64,000 bases of DNA from positions 248,001 through 312,000 of the forward strand of contig JAQOWU010000001.1 of assembly GCA_030867685.1 (NCBI GenBank), read 5' to 3'. Origin of the DNA: Wickerhamiella versatilis (lineage: Eukaryota). The notes under the pieces were generated by a model. The model did no database searches. It was not told where the DNA came from and saw nothing but the letters and a program-made list of their open reading frames with translations. The translations under genes were made by a program, and so were the position numbers. Below, piece by piece: positions 43,708 to 53,022 of this stretch. Each line of letters begins with the position of its first letter. Positions within the stretch are counted from its first letter, which is position 1.

Positions 43708-45384
43708 ATGGGGAAATTTTCTTTGTCGAAACTAAATGTGTTTAAAGTTGAGGAGGATCGCCCAACACCAAGAGAAGTCTATAATTGGCGTATCTGGATG
43801 ACGGCATTGCTCGCATCGACGGGTTCCATGCTCATTGGATACGATTCTGGATTTATTGGGGGTACCACGCAGACTTCATCATTCAAAAAGAACTTTAAAC
43901 TTGACCAACTCGATGATCAAGGATCTGAGATCATCAGTAACGTCATATCTTGTTTCCATTTAGCAGCGTTTGGTGGTGCACTCTTCATATATCCTATCTC
44001 TCACCGCTGGGGCTATAGAATTGCAATGTTAATTGCATCGGCTATTGGCGTGGCAGGATCAGCTGTCATGATAGGGGGCGCAAGTGGTAGCCTCGCGCCT
44101 TTTTATGTAGGTCGTGTATTGACCGGTCTGACCGTGGGTGCATCGACAAATGTTACAGTGGTATATCTTTCAGAAGTATCGCCAGCACCTATTAGAGGAC
44201 AGATCGTGGCACTTTTCGAGATGGGATGGCGAGTTGGGGATCTGGTAGGATTTTGGATCAATGTTGGTGTGAAACGGCATGTTAGCGAGAGCCACCAGTG
44301 GCTTATTCCCGTGGCAATTCAACTAATACCTGCTTCCTTATTCTTTATAGGCTCGTTTGTTCTCCGAGAATCTCCACGATGGCTCTGTCAGAACGACCGG
44401 GACGCTGAAGCTCTACAGAACCTTTGTTGGCTACGACAACTGGACGTTAACGATGAATATATGGGCTGGGAATACGGGACAATGAAGTCTTCCATAGATT
44501 TTCAGAACCGCACGGTAGGAAACAGGTTACTGGATCCGGCAAAGGAGGTATTTATCAGAAACACCAAGTACTTCAAACGTTTGGGTATAACTTTTGGTCT
44601 TTTCTTATTCCAGAACTTTATGGGGATCCAGACAATGAATTACTATTCTGTGACAATATTCAAGCAACTCGGCCAGGAGGGCGAAGACGCGCAACTGAAC
44701 AGTTCAGGGTACTTTGCTGTAGTGAAGTTTTTCTGTACATTGATCTTCGTCTTCGTCATTGTTGATAACTTCGGGAGACGAATTGCCTTCATGACATCTT
44801 CCACGTTTTGCTCAATATTTTTCTGGTATATTGGTGCATATCTGAAAGTTGCTGATCTTTCAAATCCTGGCCCAGGTGATAAAGCAGGTGGTAAAGCCGC
44901 GATTGGTTTGATGTACTGCTGGACAGCTGCTTTTATTCTTGCATGGAGTGGTGGTCCATTCGTATGGGCTGCTGAGGTCTACGACCAAAGCATTCGAAAC
45001 TTTACACAAGCACTTAATGCTGCTGTTTCATGGCTTCCTATATATACGATGACGAAATGCACTAATATGATGATAAGCGCAATGGACTATGGTGTTTTCT
45101 TTTTCTTTGCTTCCATAGCTCTGCTTTCGATTCCGTTTGTTTTCTTCCTGGTACCTGAGACCAAAGGAATTCCTCTTGAAGCAATCGATCGGCTATTCTC
45201 ATCAAAGGTACCAGCGTATCGCGCCCACAAACTTGTCACCTCTGCTCTTCAGGTGGAGGAGTCCAATGCCAACGGTAATGGCGAAAAGGATGGTATTAAG
45301 GGAGACGTTGAGCACGTCGAGGTTCTAGACAAGGAAGACGAAGAACTGGATGATCGTATGAGTGGTTTTGGTTTCGACAGGTAA
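43708..45384 (+). CDS. MFS sugar porter, quinate permease (QutD/Qa-y)-like
   Basis: EDRPTPREVYNWRI, GYDSGFIGGT, ESPRWL, PETKG. Confidence 0.88.
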   Translation: MGKFSLSKLNVFKVEEDRPTPREVYNWRIWMTALLASTGSMLIGYDSGFIGGTTQTSSFKKNFKLDQLDDQGSEIISNVISCFHLAAFGGALFIYPISHRWGYRIAMLIASAIGVAGSAVMIGGASGSLAPFYVGRVLTGLTVGASTNVTVVYLSEVSPAPIRGQIVALFEMGWRVGDLVGFWINVGVKRHVSESHQWLIPVAIQLIPASLFFIGSFVLRESPRWLCQNDRDAEALQNLCWLRQLDVNDEYMGWEYGTMKSSIDFQNRTVGNRLLDPAKEVFIRNTKYFKRLGITFGLFLFQNFMGIQTMNYYSVTIFKQLGQEGEDAQLNSSGYFAVVKFFCTLIFVFVIVDNFGRRIAFMTSSTFCSIFFWYIGAYLKVADLSNPGPGDKAGGKAAIGLMYCWTAAFILAWSGGPFVWAAEVYDQSIRNFTQALNAAVSWLPIYTMTKCTNMMISAMDYGVFFFFASIALLSIPFVFFLVPETKGIPLEAIDRLFSSKVPAYRAHKLVTSALQVEESNANGNGEKDGIKGDVEHVEVLDKEDEELDDRMSGFGFDR

Positions 45385-45479
45385 GCCTGTTCCAATCTTT
45401 TAGTAGTTAGATCTCGTAATTTTGTGGTGAACTTTAGATGATGAAACTTTATTTGGTAATTGGTTTAACTTAGGGAAAC

Positions 45480-46439
45480 TTATGGCGCATGTCTAAACAA
45501 ATATGACACCGATTCACCGTTATGAAGGCGGCGAACTGATTCTGAAATCACAGGTGATATATCAAGGCTACGGATCTTGGGGCACACTGCCATTTTCTCC
45601 TCGAAGGGGACAGTGTTTGTGCACACAATGAAATCAAGATTCGAATTTGAAATGACATTTAGCGCATTGCCACTCAAAATGCCGTGGGTCACAATTGCAA
45701 TGACGGACCTAGCTTTATGCGACAATAATGTATCAGCTGCTTTGGCGAGGGTTCCACAAGTATCAGCCATATCATCGACAAGAATGCACACCTTATCAGT
45801 AACATCACCTACCAAGACCATTCTGCTCACCTCATTGGCGCGAGCCCGCTCTTTATGTATGAGCGCAAAATTCAGATTTAACTGCTCAGAAAGTGCTGCA
45901 GCCCGCTTTGCACCACCTGCATCAGGACTGACAATAATAGAGTTCTTATAATCGACGTTATTCTTGATATATTGCACAACACTGGGCTCGGCATACAAGT
46001 TATCTACTGGAACGTCAAAAAACCCTTGGATTTGCGAAGCATGAAGATCCATTGTAATCACATGGTCACATCCTGCAGTCTGCAACATATTTGCCATCAA
46101 TTTCGCCGTAATAGGAGCTCTCGACTTGTCCTTTCGGTCCTGACGGGCATAAGGGAAGTTTGGAAGAACAGCAGTAATGCGACGTGCACTTGCAGTTTTG
46201 CAGGCATTTATCATAATCAAAAGCTCAATAACACGGTCATTCACATCACCGGAACTGATTTGGCAGATGATATACACATCCTCGTCACGCACACTCTCTC
46301 CAATATTGATATAAGATTCACGGTTCGACTCTCGACTGATATTGACCGGAGTCATTTTGAGTCCAAGATTTCTGGCCACAAGTTCGGCTAAGCCCCGGAA
46401 CTTATCCCCTGCCAGAAGCTTGATAGAGTTGGTGGACAT
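45480..46439 (-). CDS. PRS3: Ribose-phosphate pyrophosphokinase
   Basis: [34 protein letters not shown]; paralog assignment tentative. Confidence 0.9.
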   Translation of the reverse strand: MSTNSIKLLAGDKFRGLAELVARNLGLKMTPVNISRESNRESYINIGESVRDEDVYIICQISSGDVNDRVIELLIMINACKTASARRITAVLPNFPYARQDRKDKSRAPITAKLMANMLQTAGCDHVITMDLHASQIQGFFDVPVDNLYAEPSVVQYIKNNVDYKNSIIVSPDAGGAKRAAALSEQLNLNFALIHKERARANEVSRMVLVGDVTDKVCILVDDMADTCGTLAKAADTLLSHKARSVIAIVTHGILSGNALNVISNSNLDFIVCTNTVPFEEKMAVCPKIRSLDISPVISESVRRLHNGESVSYLFRHAP

Positions 46440-46627
46440 ATTCAAGAGATTATGTTAGTCAGCTTTTTTAAATCCCTCGGAGGTCTATTGAACGGTAAAT
46501 CTGACGAGGGTCCGGCTCATAATATACTTAAAATGCCCTAAAATAACAAGCGTCTGCAGACCGACTAAGAGAGTTACTCACGTCTTTCATATTTTCATAA
46601 AGGCTTTCAATTTCCTCCATATTTGTC

Positions 46628-47095
46628 ATGAAACTTTGGAAGTGGTGGAAAAAGGATGAACCAGAAGCAGAACCCGCTAAGGAAGCACCAAGGCTGTTAG
46701 AGGATCAGCAGCAGCCTGAAGAGCCTGAAAATAATCCATCACAACCAGAAGGGGGTATTAATATGGGGTATCGTTCCGTTTTCAGACATATAGGATGGAA
46801 CGACTTCAAAGGCGTAGATCAAATCCCATGTTTCCGCCAGGCCTTGCTAACTGGGTTCAGTATGGGGGCTGTAACAGGTGTAGTGATGTATGGTGTGAGA
46901 AGAAATGGCAGTAAAGCCTTAAACTGGGCGTTTGCGGGCTTCTTAGGTGGTTCGATTATATCTTGGGAACAATGTAGGTTTCGCATTCATCAGAGCAAAA
47001 TGAACATTCGGGGAGCTAAGGAAATGTATAGACGTAGCAAAGAGGCCAGGGATCGCGAAGAACGGGCCAATAAGGATGGATCTAATAAATCTTGA
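46628..47095 (+). CDS. COX20: Cytochrome c oxidase assembly protein Cox20
   Basis: IPCFRQALLTG, NWA...GSIISWEQCR. Confidence 0.9.
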   Translation: MKLWKWWKKDEPEAEPAKEAPRLLEDQQQPEEPENNPSQPEGGINMGYRSVFRHIGWNDFKGVDQIPCFRQALLTGFSMGAVTGVVMYGVRRNGSKALNWAFAGFLGGSIISWEQCRFRIHQSKMNIRGAKEMYRRSKEARDREERANKDGSNKS

Positions 47096-47290
47096 GCTTA
47101 TGCCTGACTGAGAGTGGACCAGCCATCTGGTTCTACTTCTACAACAATAAAAAAAATCAGCTGAAATTATGACTTCGAATCACAGGACGTGCATAGGTGC
47201 AACGCTTAGAGAGATTTCCGAGGATGGCTATTTTATCACGTGACAAACACTGTTGAGCCAGCCACACCACGAAAAAAGTATGGCTTACCC

Positions 47291-47887
47291 ATGACTCAAT
47301 GTCAAGGTATCACAGCAAGAGGTCGACGCTGTAAGCTGAATGCATCTGAGCATGAATTCTGCAAATTTCATTTTACTCCCAGAGCAGGGTCCCATGACGT
47401 GAGAGACGCTGCTGGCTTCATCTACATATATAAATTGGCAAGACCGCAAGCTCGGGCAGAGGTTAAATGCCCCAAGACTAATAAAACATACCGATTGAAT
47501 CCTTCGAAGCTCCAAAAGTTTCTCAGTTTATTTAGTAAACCAAGACGAAATTTGGCGAAAAAAGAACTTATCAAGGTGGGCTATACGACAAAAGAACCAG
47601 CAAAGCGTGTAGCAGAATGGGAACAGCAGTGTGGACATCAGTTATGTTTGATCGCTCCTCGTTATAAGGCTGGAAACTGTGATATAGAAAAAAAAGGATG
47701 GCCAACATCACAGGCACATGCCGCAGAGCAACGCATTCATGCATATTTAAGGTCTCAATACGGGGGCGGTAAATTGAATTGCTCTCAATGCCTTCATAAA
47801 GGTAAAACTGGGATTCACCTGGAATGGTTTCTCGTGCCCAAGGAACATCTCCCCCAAATTTTCATATTTATCGACAACACTATCTGA
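47291..47887 (+). CDS. T5orf172/Mug113 (GIY-YIG-like) domain protein
   Basis: QCQGIT..GRRCK, GFIYIY, IKVGYT, RVAEWEQQCG, HLEWF. Confidence 0.75.
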   Translation: MTQCQGITARGRRCKLNASEHEFCKFHFTPRAGSHDVRDAAGFIYIYKLARPQARAEVKCPKTNKTYRLNPSKLQKFLSLFSKPRRNLAKKELIKVGYTTKEPAKRVAEWEQQCGHQLCLIAPRYKAGNCDIEKKGWPTSQAHAAEQRIHAYLRSQYGGGKLNCSQCLHKGKTGIHLEWFLVPKEHLPQIFIFIDNTI

Positions 47888-47971
47888 TATAACAAACAGC
47901 CACCATGTGGTGGAGTCACACTATTGCGAGCATAGCACTTAGTCTATATACCGGATGATTCTAAATTAGCG

Positions 47972-49588
47972 CTACGCACTCTCAAGACGGTCACTAAGTT
48001 GCTCATCTGTCCAGATGGGCTCAACTTGGTCACTCGTGCCTACGCCACAGTGTCCGCCACGAGCGGCCCAGTCATTGACACGAGGAAGAGACAGCTGCGT
48101 AAAAACCTCGTCAAGGGCTTTAACCAACTGATCGCAGAGTTCCTTTGTATGGCCTGGGGTGGGGGACACTCTAAGACGCTCCTCACCTCGCTTCACAGTT
48201 GGGAAGTTGATGGCCTGGACGTAGATACTATACTTATTGATAAGTAAGTCAGATGCCATCTTGGCCAATTCAGCATCACCGACAAGCACTGGGGTAATGT
48301 GAGAAGGATTAGGGATGACAGGAATACCAAGCTTGTCAAGTTCCGATTTGACGTAACGGGCAGCTTTCTGCTGCTTCCTGCGGTAGTCATTAGAGCGAGC
48401 CAACAAGCGAATGGCTGCTGTAGCACCAGACATTACACTTGGAGGAAGAGTAGTGGTGAAAATGAAACCCGGGGCATAACTTCTGACCCAGTCGATGAAA
48501 TCACGGGAGCCAGCGACATAACCACCAACTGAGCCGTAGGACTTACCAAGAGTCGCTGTGATAATGTCAACACGATCACGAACAGGTTTACGTTCGACAG
48601 GAGTTCCCTTCGAATGGTGCCAGTAATCAAGATGTTCTGCCACTCCCGCACCATGAGGCCCATACATACCAACAGCATGAACTTCGTCAAGGAAGGTCAG
48701 GGCACCATATTTTTCAGCCAAATCACATATCTCAGAGATAGGGGCAATCGAACCACACATAGAGTACACCGACTCAAAGGCTATAACCTTCGGAATGTCT
48801 TTCGGGAACTGCTGGAGCTTGTTCTCAAGGTCTGCTAAATTATTGTGCTTGAATATGACCTTGCGAGCACCGCTATGCTTGATTCCATAAATCATGGACG
48901 CATGATTTGATTCATCACTAAAATAAACCAGGCCCGGAAGTTTTTGGCCAAGCAAAGTTAGAACCGCATCATTTGCAACATAGCAGCTTGAAAACACCAG
49001 AGCAGCATCCTTCCCGTGAAGCTTCGCTGCTTCGTTCTCCAGTGTCACAGCATGCTGATTGTGGCCAGCAATGTTACGCGTTCCACCAGCACCATGCCCA
49101 TACTTGTCCAAGGTTTCATGGGCAGCCTGAATGACTTCGGGGTGGGAACCAATACCCAGATAGTCATTGGCACACCAAACGGTGACCTTTGAAGCCTCTT
49201 TCTCGCGATGGGCTCGAGGAAACTCATGCGCTAAGCGGTTGATGTTGTTAAAGTATCGGTATGACCTATCTGAGCGCTTCTTCTCAAGATCAGATCGAAA
49301 CACAGCCTCATAACGATCGCCAGAGGTTTCCTTGGAGGAAGCTGCAGCTGGAGTTTCGGAATTTACCTTAGACTCAGCTGTTTGCCCAACCTGAGGAGGA
49401 GTAATTGGTTGAGCAGACTGCTGCGCCGTTCTTCCTGCATGATATTCACGAAACGCATGATGCATTACGGGACATCCTTGGGCGGCCGATAACAGACCAC
49501 TTTTCGAGGCAAGAGCACGTACACTGGCTCCATTAGCATGAGCAAGAAAAGGACAGAGCTTTTGCGACTGCTGGATAACTTTCTCCAT
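47972..49588 (-). CDS. HEM1: 5-aminolevulinate synthase
   Basis: [35 protein letters not shown]; two CP motifs in the presequence. Confidence 0.97.
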   Translation of the reverse strand: MEKVIQQSQKLCPFLAHANGASVRALASKSGLLSAAQGCPVMHHAFREYHAGRTAQQSAQPITPPQVGQTAESKVNSETPAAASSKETSGDRYEAVFRSDLEKKRSDRSYRYFNNINRLAHEFPRAHREKEASKVTVWCANDYLGIGSHPEVIQAAHETLDKYGHGAGGTRNIAGHNQHAVTLENEAAKLHGKDAALVFSSCYVANDAVLTLLGQKLPGLVYFSDESNHASMIYGIKHSGARKVIFKHNNLADLENKLQQFPKDIPKVIAFESVYSMCGSIAPISEICDLAEKYGALTFLDEVHAVGMYGPHGAGVAEHLDYWHHSKGTPVERKPVRDRVDIITATLGKSYGSVGGYVAGSRDFIDWVRSYAPGFIFTTTLPPSVMSGATAAIRLLARSNDYRRKQQKAARYVKSELDKLGIPVIPNPSHITPVLVGDAELAKMASDLLINKYSIYVQAINFPTVKRGEERLRVSPTPGHTKELCDQLVKALDEVFTQLSLPRVNDWAARGGHCGVGTSDQVEPIWTDEQLSDRLESA

Positions 49589-49890
49589 TGTTGAGGTAAA
49601 AAAGTATTATTAATCACGTCCGATTTGGTCACCTTACCGAACACCGAGAATTAGATGCAGAATCATTGACAGGTTTGAAAAACCCTTGGTCGGAACTTTT
49701 TGCCTATAGTAAAAGTAAGACATTTTTGAATTAGACAAAGATGAAGGGGCAAGTTTATGAAAATAAATAGGTCTAAAACATTAAGGTTTTTTTCGAAATT
49801 ACGACTTTAGTGGCGACAGTTGACAGACGTTGGGGGGTCGTCAAGAATACTATGTCCGACATGCATACGAGAAAAAGAAGTCCAAAAAAA

Positions 49891-50011
49891 CAACTACAGC
49901 ACCTGCCGTTCTCACGTGGTCTCCCACCGTAATACTGAATCGGGCTCTCAGCAGCTTATATATGGCTGATCGGACGGGAAGCCCAGTTACCTGCTGGATA
50001 TGGCCGTAGCT
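49891..50011 (-). rRNA. 5S rRNA (dispersed copy)
   Basis: 121 nt AGCUACGGCCAUAUC...UUCCCGUCCGAUCA...GUGGGAGACCA...AGGUGCUGUAGUU; T7 terminator 49884-49890; TATATA about 25 nt upstream. Confidence 0.95.
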
Positions 50012-50119
50012 GTCATAAAGTGTTGTGATACATATATAGCCTGATAAGACACTACTTAGCCATACATCAAAACTAGATTTTCTACGGGACATATAAACGA
50101 AAAAAATACAATTTAGAGC

Positions 50120-51412
50120 CTAAGAGTTAAGATACGTAGAAGGGTCGACACCCTCCTCAGGATATGGCTCAATTTTGACCTGGAAGCGCCCTTGAATTTC
50201 ATCAAGCACCTGCTGATCCTGTTCAGTGGAAACAAACGAGATACCAAGACCCTTAGTACCAAATCTGCCAGCACGACCAACTCTGTGCAGATACTGATCC
50301 GCGTTAGTGGGCATGTCGTAGTTAATGGCAAGATTTATTCTTTCAATGTCGATACCACGCCCAAACAGATCTGTAGCGACACAGATACGTTTGTTAAATT
50401 CCTTGAATTCACGGTAGTTCTCGATACGGTTCTCCTGACGCATCCTACCGTGCACAGCAATGGATGGGAAGGAGCTGTCATTAAGAAGGCGATTCAATTC
50501 CTCAGCCCGACGTGGAGTCTTGACAAAGATGATCACTTGGTTGAATTCAAGATTATCAAGCAACTCATTGAGCTTGCGGGTCTTTTCCTTCTCCTCAAGC
50601 TTAGCATAGTACTGGTGCAAGCCATGGAGAGTGAGCTTTGTGTCATCATCGACGTATAGCTCAAGGGGTTTTTGCATGAACTTCCGGCAAACTTGACGGA
50701 TTTCTGGAGACATTGTTGCCGAGAACATCATAACCTGCTTACGCTGGGGAGTGGCACGGAAAATATCTTGGACGTCTGCCCTCATTTCCGTGCGATCCAG
50801 GACACGGTCGCACTCATCAATAACAAATGTCTTGATGTTATTCAAACGAAGGGCCTTCTCACGAATCAGAAGGCACAAACGTCCTGGGGTACCCACAACA
50901 ATGTTTGGAACATTTTCGGTAAGACGCTTCTTATCAGCCTTCCAGTCGGTACCTCCATAAACCACTGCCGTGGTGAGATCTGGCAAATACTTGGAGAACC
51001 GGTCAAACTCGTTCTTGATCTGATATGCGAGCTCACGAGTGTGGCAAACTACCAATACTTGGGACTCACCCTTGACTGGGGTAAGCTGCTGCAGGGTACT
51101 TAGGACGAAAACTGCTGTTTTACCAAGACCCGACTTAGCCTGGCAGATTACGTCGACTCCAAGAATTGCTTGGGGAATCGTATGCTGTTGAACTTCACTG
51201 GGGTGTTCAAATCCACAGTCCTGGATTGCACGGAGAAGCTCACCCTTCAATAGGAAATCCTTGAAACCTGTGCTATGTACACCAACGTACGAACCTTTAG
51301 CAGGCTGTGATTCCTCTCCATTAGCTGCATTTTCCTCACCTCCTTGCTCAGCCGCGGGGGCAGCCTCTTCGGTATCGCTGTAGTCGAGCAGTTCTTCCTC
51401 CCGTTTGGCCAT
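50120..51412 (-). CDS. SUB2: DECD-box RNA helicase Sub2/UAP56
   Basis: [36 protein letters not shown]. Confidence 0.97.
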   Translation of the reverse strand: MAKREEELLDYSDTEEAAPAAEQGGEENAANGEESQPAKGSYVGVHSTGFKDFLLKGELLRAIQDCGFEHPSEVQQHTIPQAILGVDVICQAKSGLGKTAVFVLSTLQQLTPVKGESQVLVVCHTRELAYQIKNEFDRFSKYLPDLTTAVVYGGTDWKADKKRLTENVPNIVVGTPGRLCLLIREKALRLNNIKTFVIDECDRVLDRTEMRADVQDIFRATPQRKQVMMFSATMSPEIRQVCRKFMQKPLELYVDDDTKLTLHGLHQYYAKLEEKEKTRKLNELLDNLEFNQVIIFVKTPRRAEELNRLLNDSSFPSIAVHGRMRQENRIENYREFKEFNKRICVATDLFGRGIDIERINLAINYDMPTNADQYLHRVGRAGRFGTKGLGISFVSTEQDQQVLDEIQGRFQVKIEPYPEEGVDPSTYLNS

Positions 51413-51702
51413 CCTTGGATGTCGTGTCGGATGAAAGAGTTATTAGTAACGTGTGCTCCCTCCAAACCGTCTCGAGTCGACGAACCCTGACCCATGTACA
51501 TAGGACGCACAGCGAACCGTCACATATGGGGGATGATAGGGAGTATGCAATTCATTTTTCCGTTCATTATGATTGGTGACTGATATTCATTGCAGCAGTG
51601 CCAGTCTCAGGCACCTCATTCTTTTATGATTGACATTCTCATGACAATAGTTTATCTACAAATTAATAAGAAGTGAATTGATTTAATAAATAACATAGGT
51701 GT

Positions 51703-52257
51703 CTATACCATAGTCTGGCGAGCATGTCCTGACAGCATGCTGCTTGGATAAAAGCTAGTGGCATACATCATGATTGACTCAAGGAGTTCTTGTTGAGATC
51801 GTGCAGTGACATCGCGTCCTGCCAGAGTCCATGCTGCTTGAATGTTTCGTCGTGGTATGTCGTTTGAGATCACGAAAGGAGTTCTACGATCACGAAAGCC
51901 GCAAAGAGGAACTTTGCTTCTCTCGGTGGTATCACATGGTAGGCTTGATGCTTCACCAAGCTTCTCACAATTGATGATGTCGTCAATTGCTATCTCACTG
52001 GCTTCATCTTCACCATTAGAGGAAGATGAGGATGCAGATATATGGGAAGTCGGCTTTGATGTATCCTGAGCAGGCTTGGACTTTTGCATTGGTCCGGCAT
52101 TTTGGCCGAGCAGTTGATCTGTCAGTGGCGGCAAAGCATCCACCGCTTCTTCGGTCTCCGACACTAGAAACTCTTGATAGAGTTCATCAAGATCAACAGC
52201 AGGCCTCTTGGCTGAACTTCCGATGTCTGAATAACGCTCCGTACGTTTCAATGCCAT
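51703..52257 (-). CDS. Hypothetical protein, no family recognised
   Basis: 184-codon ORF from ATG 52257 (in-frame ATGs also near 52335); acidic/Ser-rich middle. Confidence 0.55.
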   Translation of the reverse strand: MALKRTERYSDIGSSAKRPAVDLDELYQEFLVSETEEAVDALPPLTDQLLGQNAGPMQKSKPAQDTSKPTSHISASSSSSNGEDEASEIAIDDIINCEKLGEASSLPCDTTERSKVPLCGFRDRRTPFVISNDIPRRNIQAAWTLAGRDVTARSQQELLESIMMYATSFYPSSMLSGHARQTMV

Positions 52258-52531
52258 CTTTGATTTCTTTACCGGGCGGAATCTTTCTGGCCTTTTATTC
52301 AACGCAGAAATGCATGGATTTGTCATCCCGTGCATGCAGTGGCGCTTGTGTTTCAAAAAAGATCGAGATGAGGCTCAATGGCGTAACCTGGACATGAATA
52401 CAAGTTAGTAAAGCCATCCTACTCATTTACTGGTTAGTTTAAACGTTTCATCGTCGTTGCAATTGAGTATAGATCCAAACAAATATCTACCCTAGCCCAA
52501 ATGACTAAAACTAAGAAAAAAAATTCTATAT

Positions 52532-52610
52532 GCCCCTCAGAATCTAAAAGAAAAAAAAATTAAAATCAGATCTGTATCATACAGTGTGAATATCTTACCA
52601 TCACTGGGGC
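52532..52610 (-). ncRNA. snR51: Box C/D snoRNA snR51-like (LSU Um2729-equivalent guide)
   Basis: Terminal stem GCCCC/GGGGC, C box GUGAUGG, guide UAUUCACACUG plus D' AUGA, D box CUGA 52537-52540. Confidence 0.8.
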
Positions 52611-52666
52611 GTATCATTGTTTCCTTGCCACGTCGTGCAAGACAAACCTTCTGGCTTTGAATAAAA

Positions 52667-52781
52667 GCGTCGGAATGTGACCATTCAACATAGCCTTCTC
52701 GGCCCCACGCGGTTGTACGGCCGGTGGTTAAATGGCAAGAAGGCACTCTGTCCGCCCGGTCGTATATAATTCATCATTCGC
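52667..52781 (-). ncRNA. snR70: Box C/D snoRNA snR70/SNORD43-like (SSU Cm1639-equivalent guide)
   Basis: C box AUGAUGA 52771-52777, GAC(C)GGGCGGACAGA guide/D', internal hairpin, GUCACAUU-CCGA end, GCG/CGC stem. Confidence 0.82.
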
Positions 52782-52791
52782 TGCAAGTGTT

Positions 52792-52875
52792 AGCTCATAT
52801 GTGATTCAAACAAAAACAAAAGAATTCCTCAGCTTTAACCTCAGTAGGAACCATTGGTATAAAATAATCACCGCT
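52792..52875 (-). ncRNA. snR41: Box C/D snoRNA snR41-like (SSU Am541-equivalent guide)
   Basis: C box GUGAUUA, guide CCAAUGGUUCCU plus D' CUGA 52841-52844, D AUGA; order 41-70-51 as in the yeast cluster. Confidence 0.75.
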
Positions 52876-53022
52876 GTACAAACCTTTTAAACAAATCCAG
52901 AAGCCTTGTCCCGCACAACGAGGCCCGGAAACAAGACATCTACCAACAAGTGGTTGATGAGGGAAAAAGAGACTTTTCTGACATAATAACCACAAGCTAG
53001 CAGGCGTCAGGACGCGGCAGCG

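Noticed and set aside
14852..51412. Functional clustering of TREX genes (THO2, SUB2) or respiratory genes
   Set aside because: They are tens of kb apart with unrelated genes between; expected by chance.
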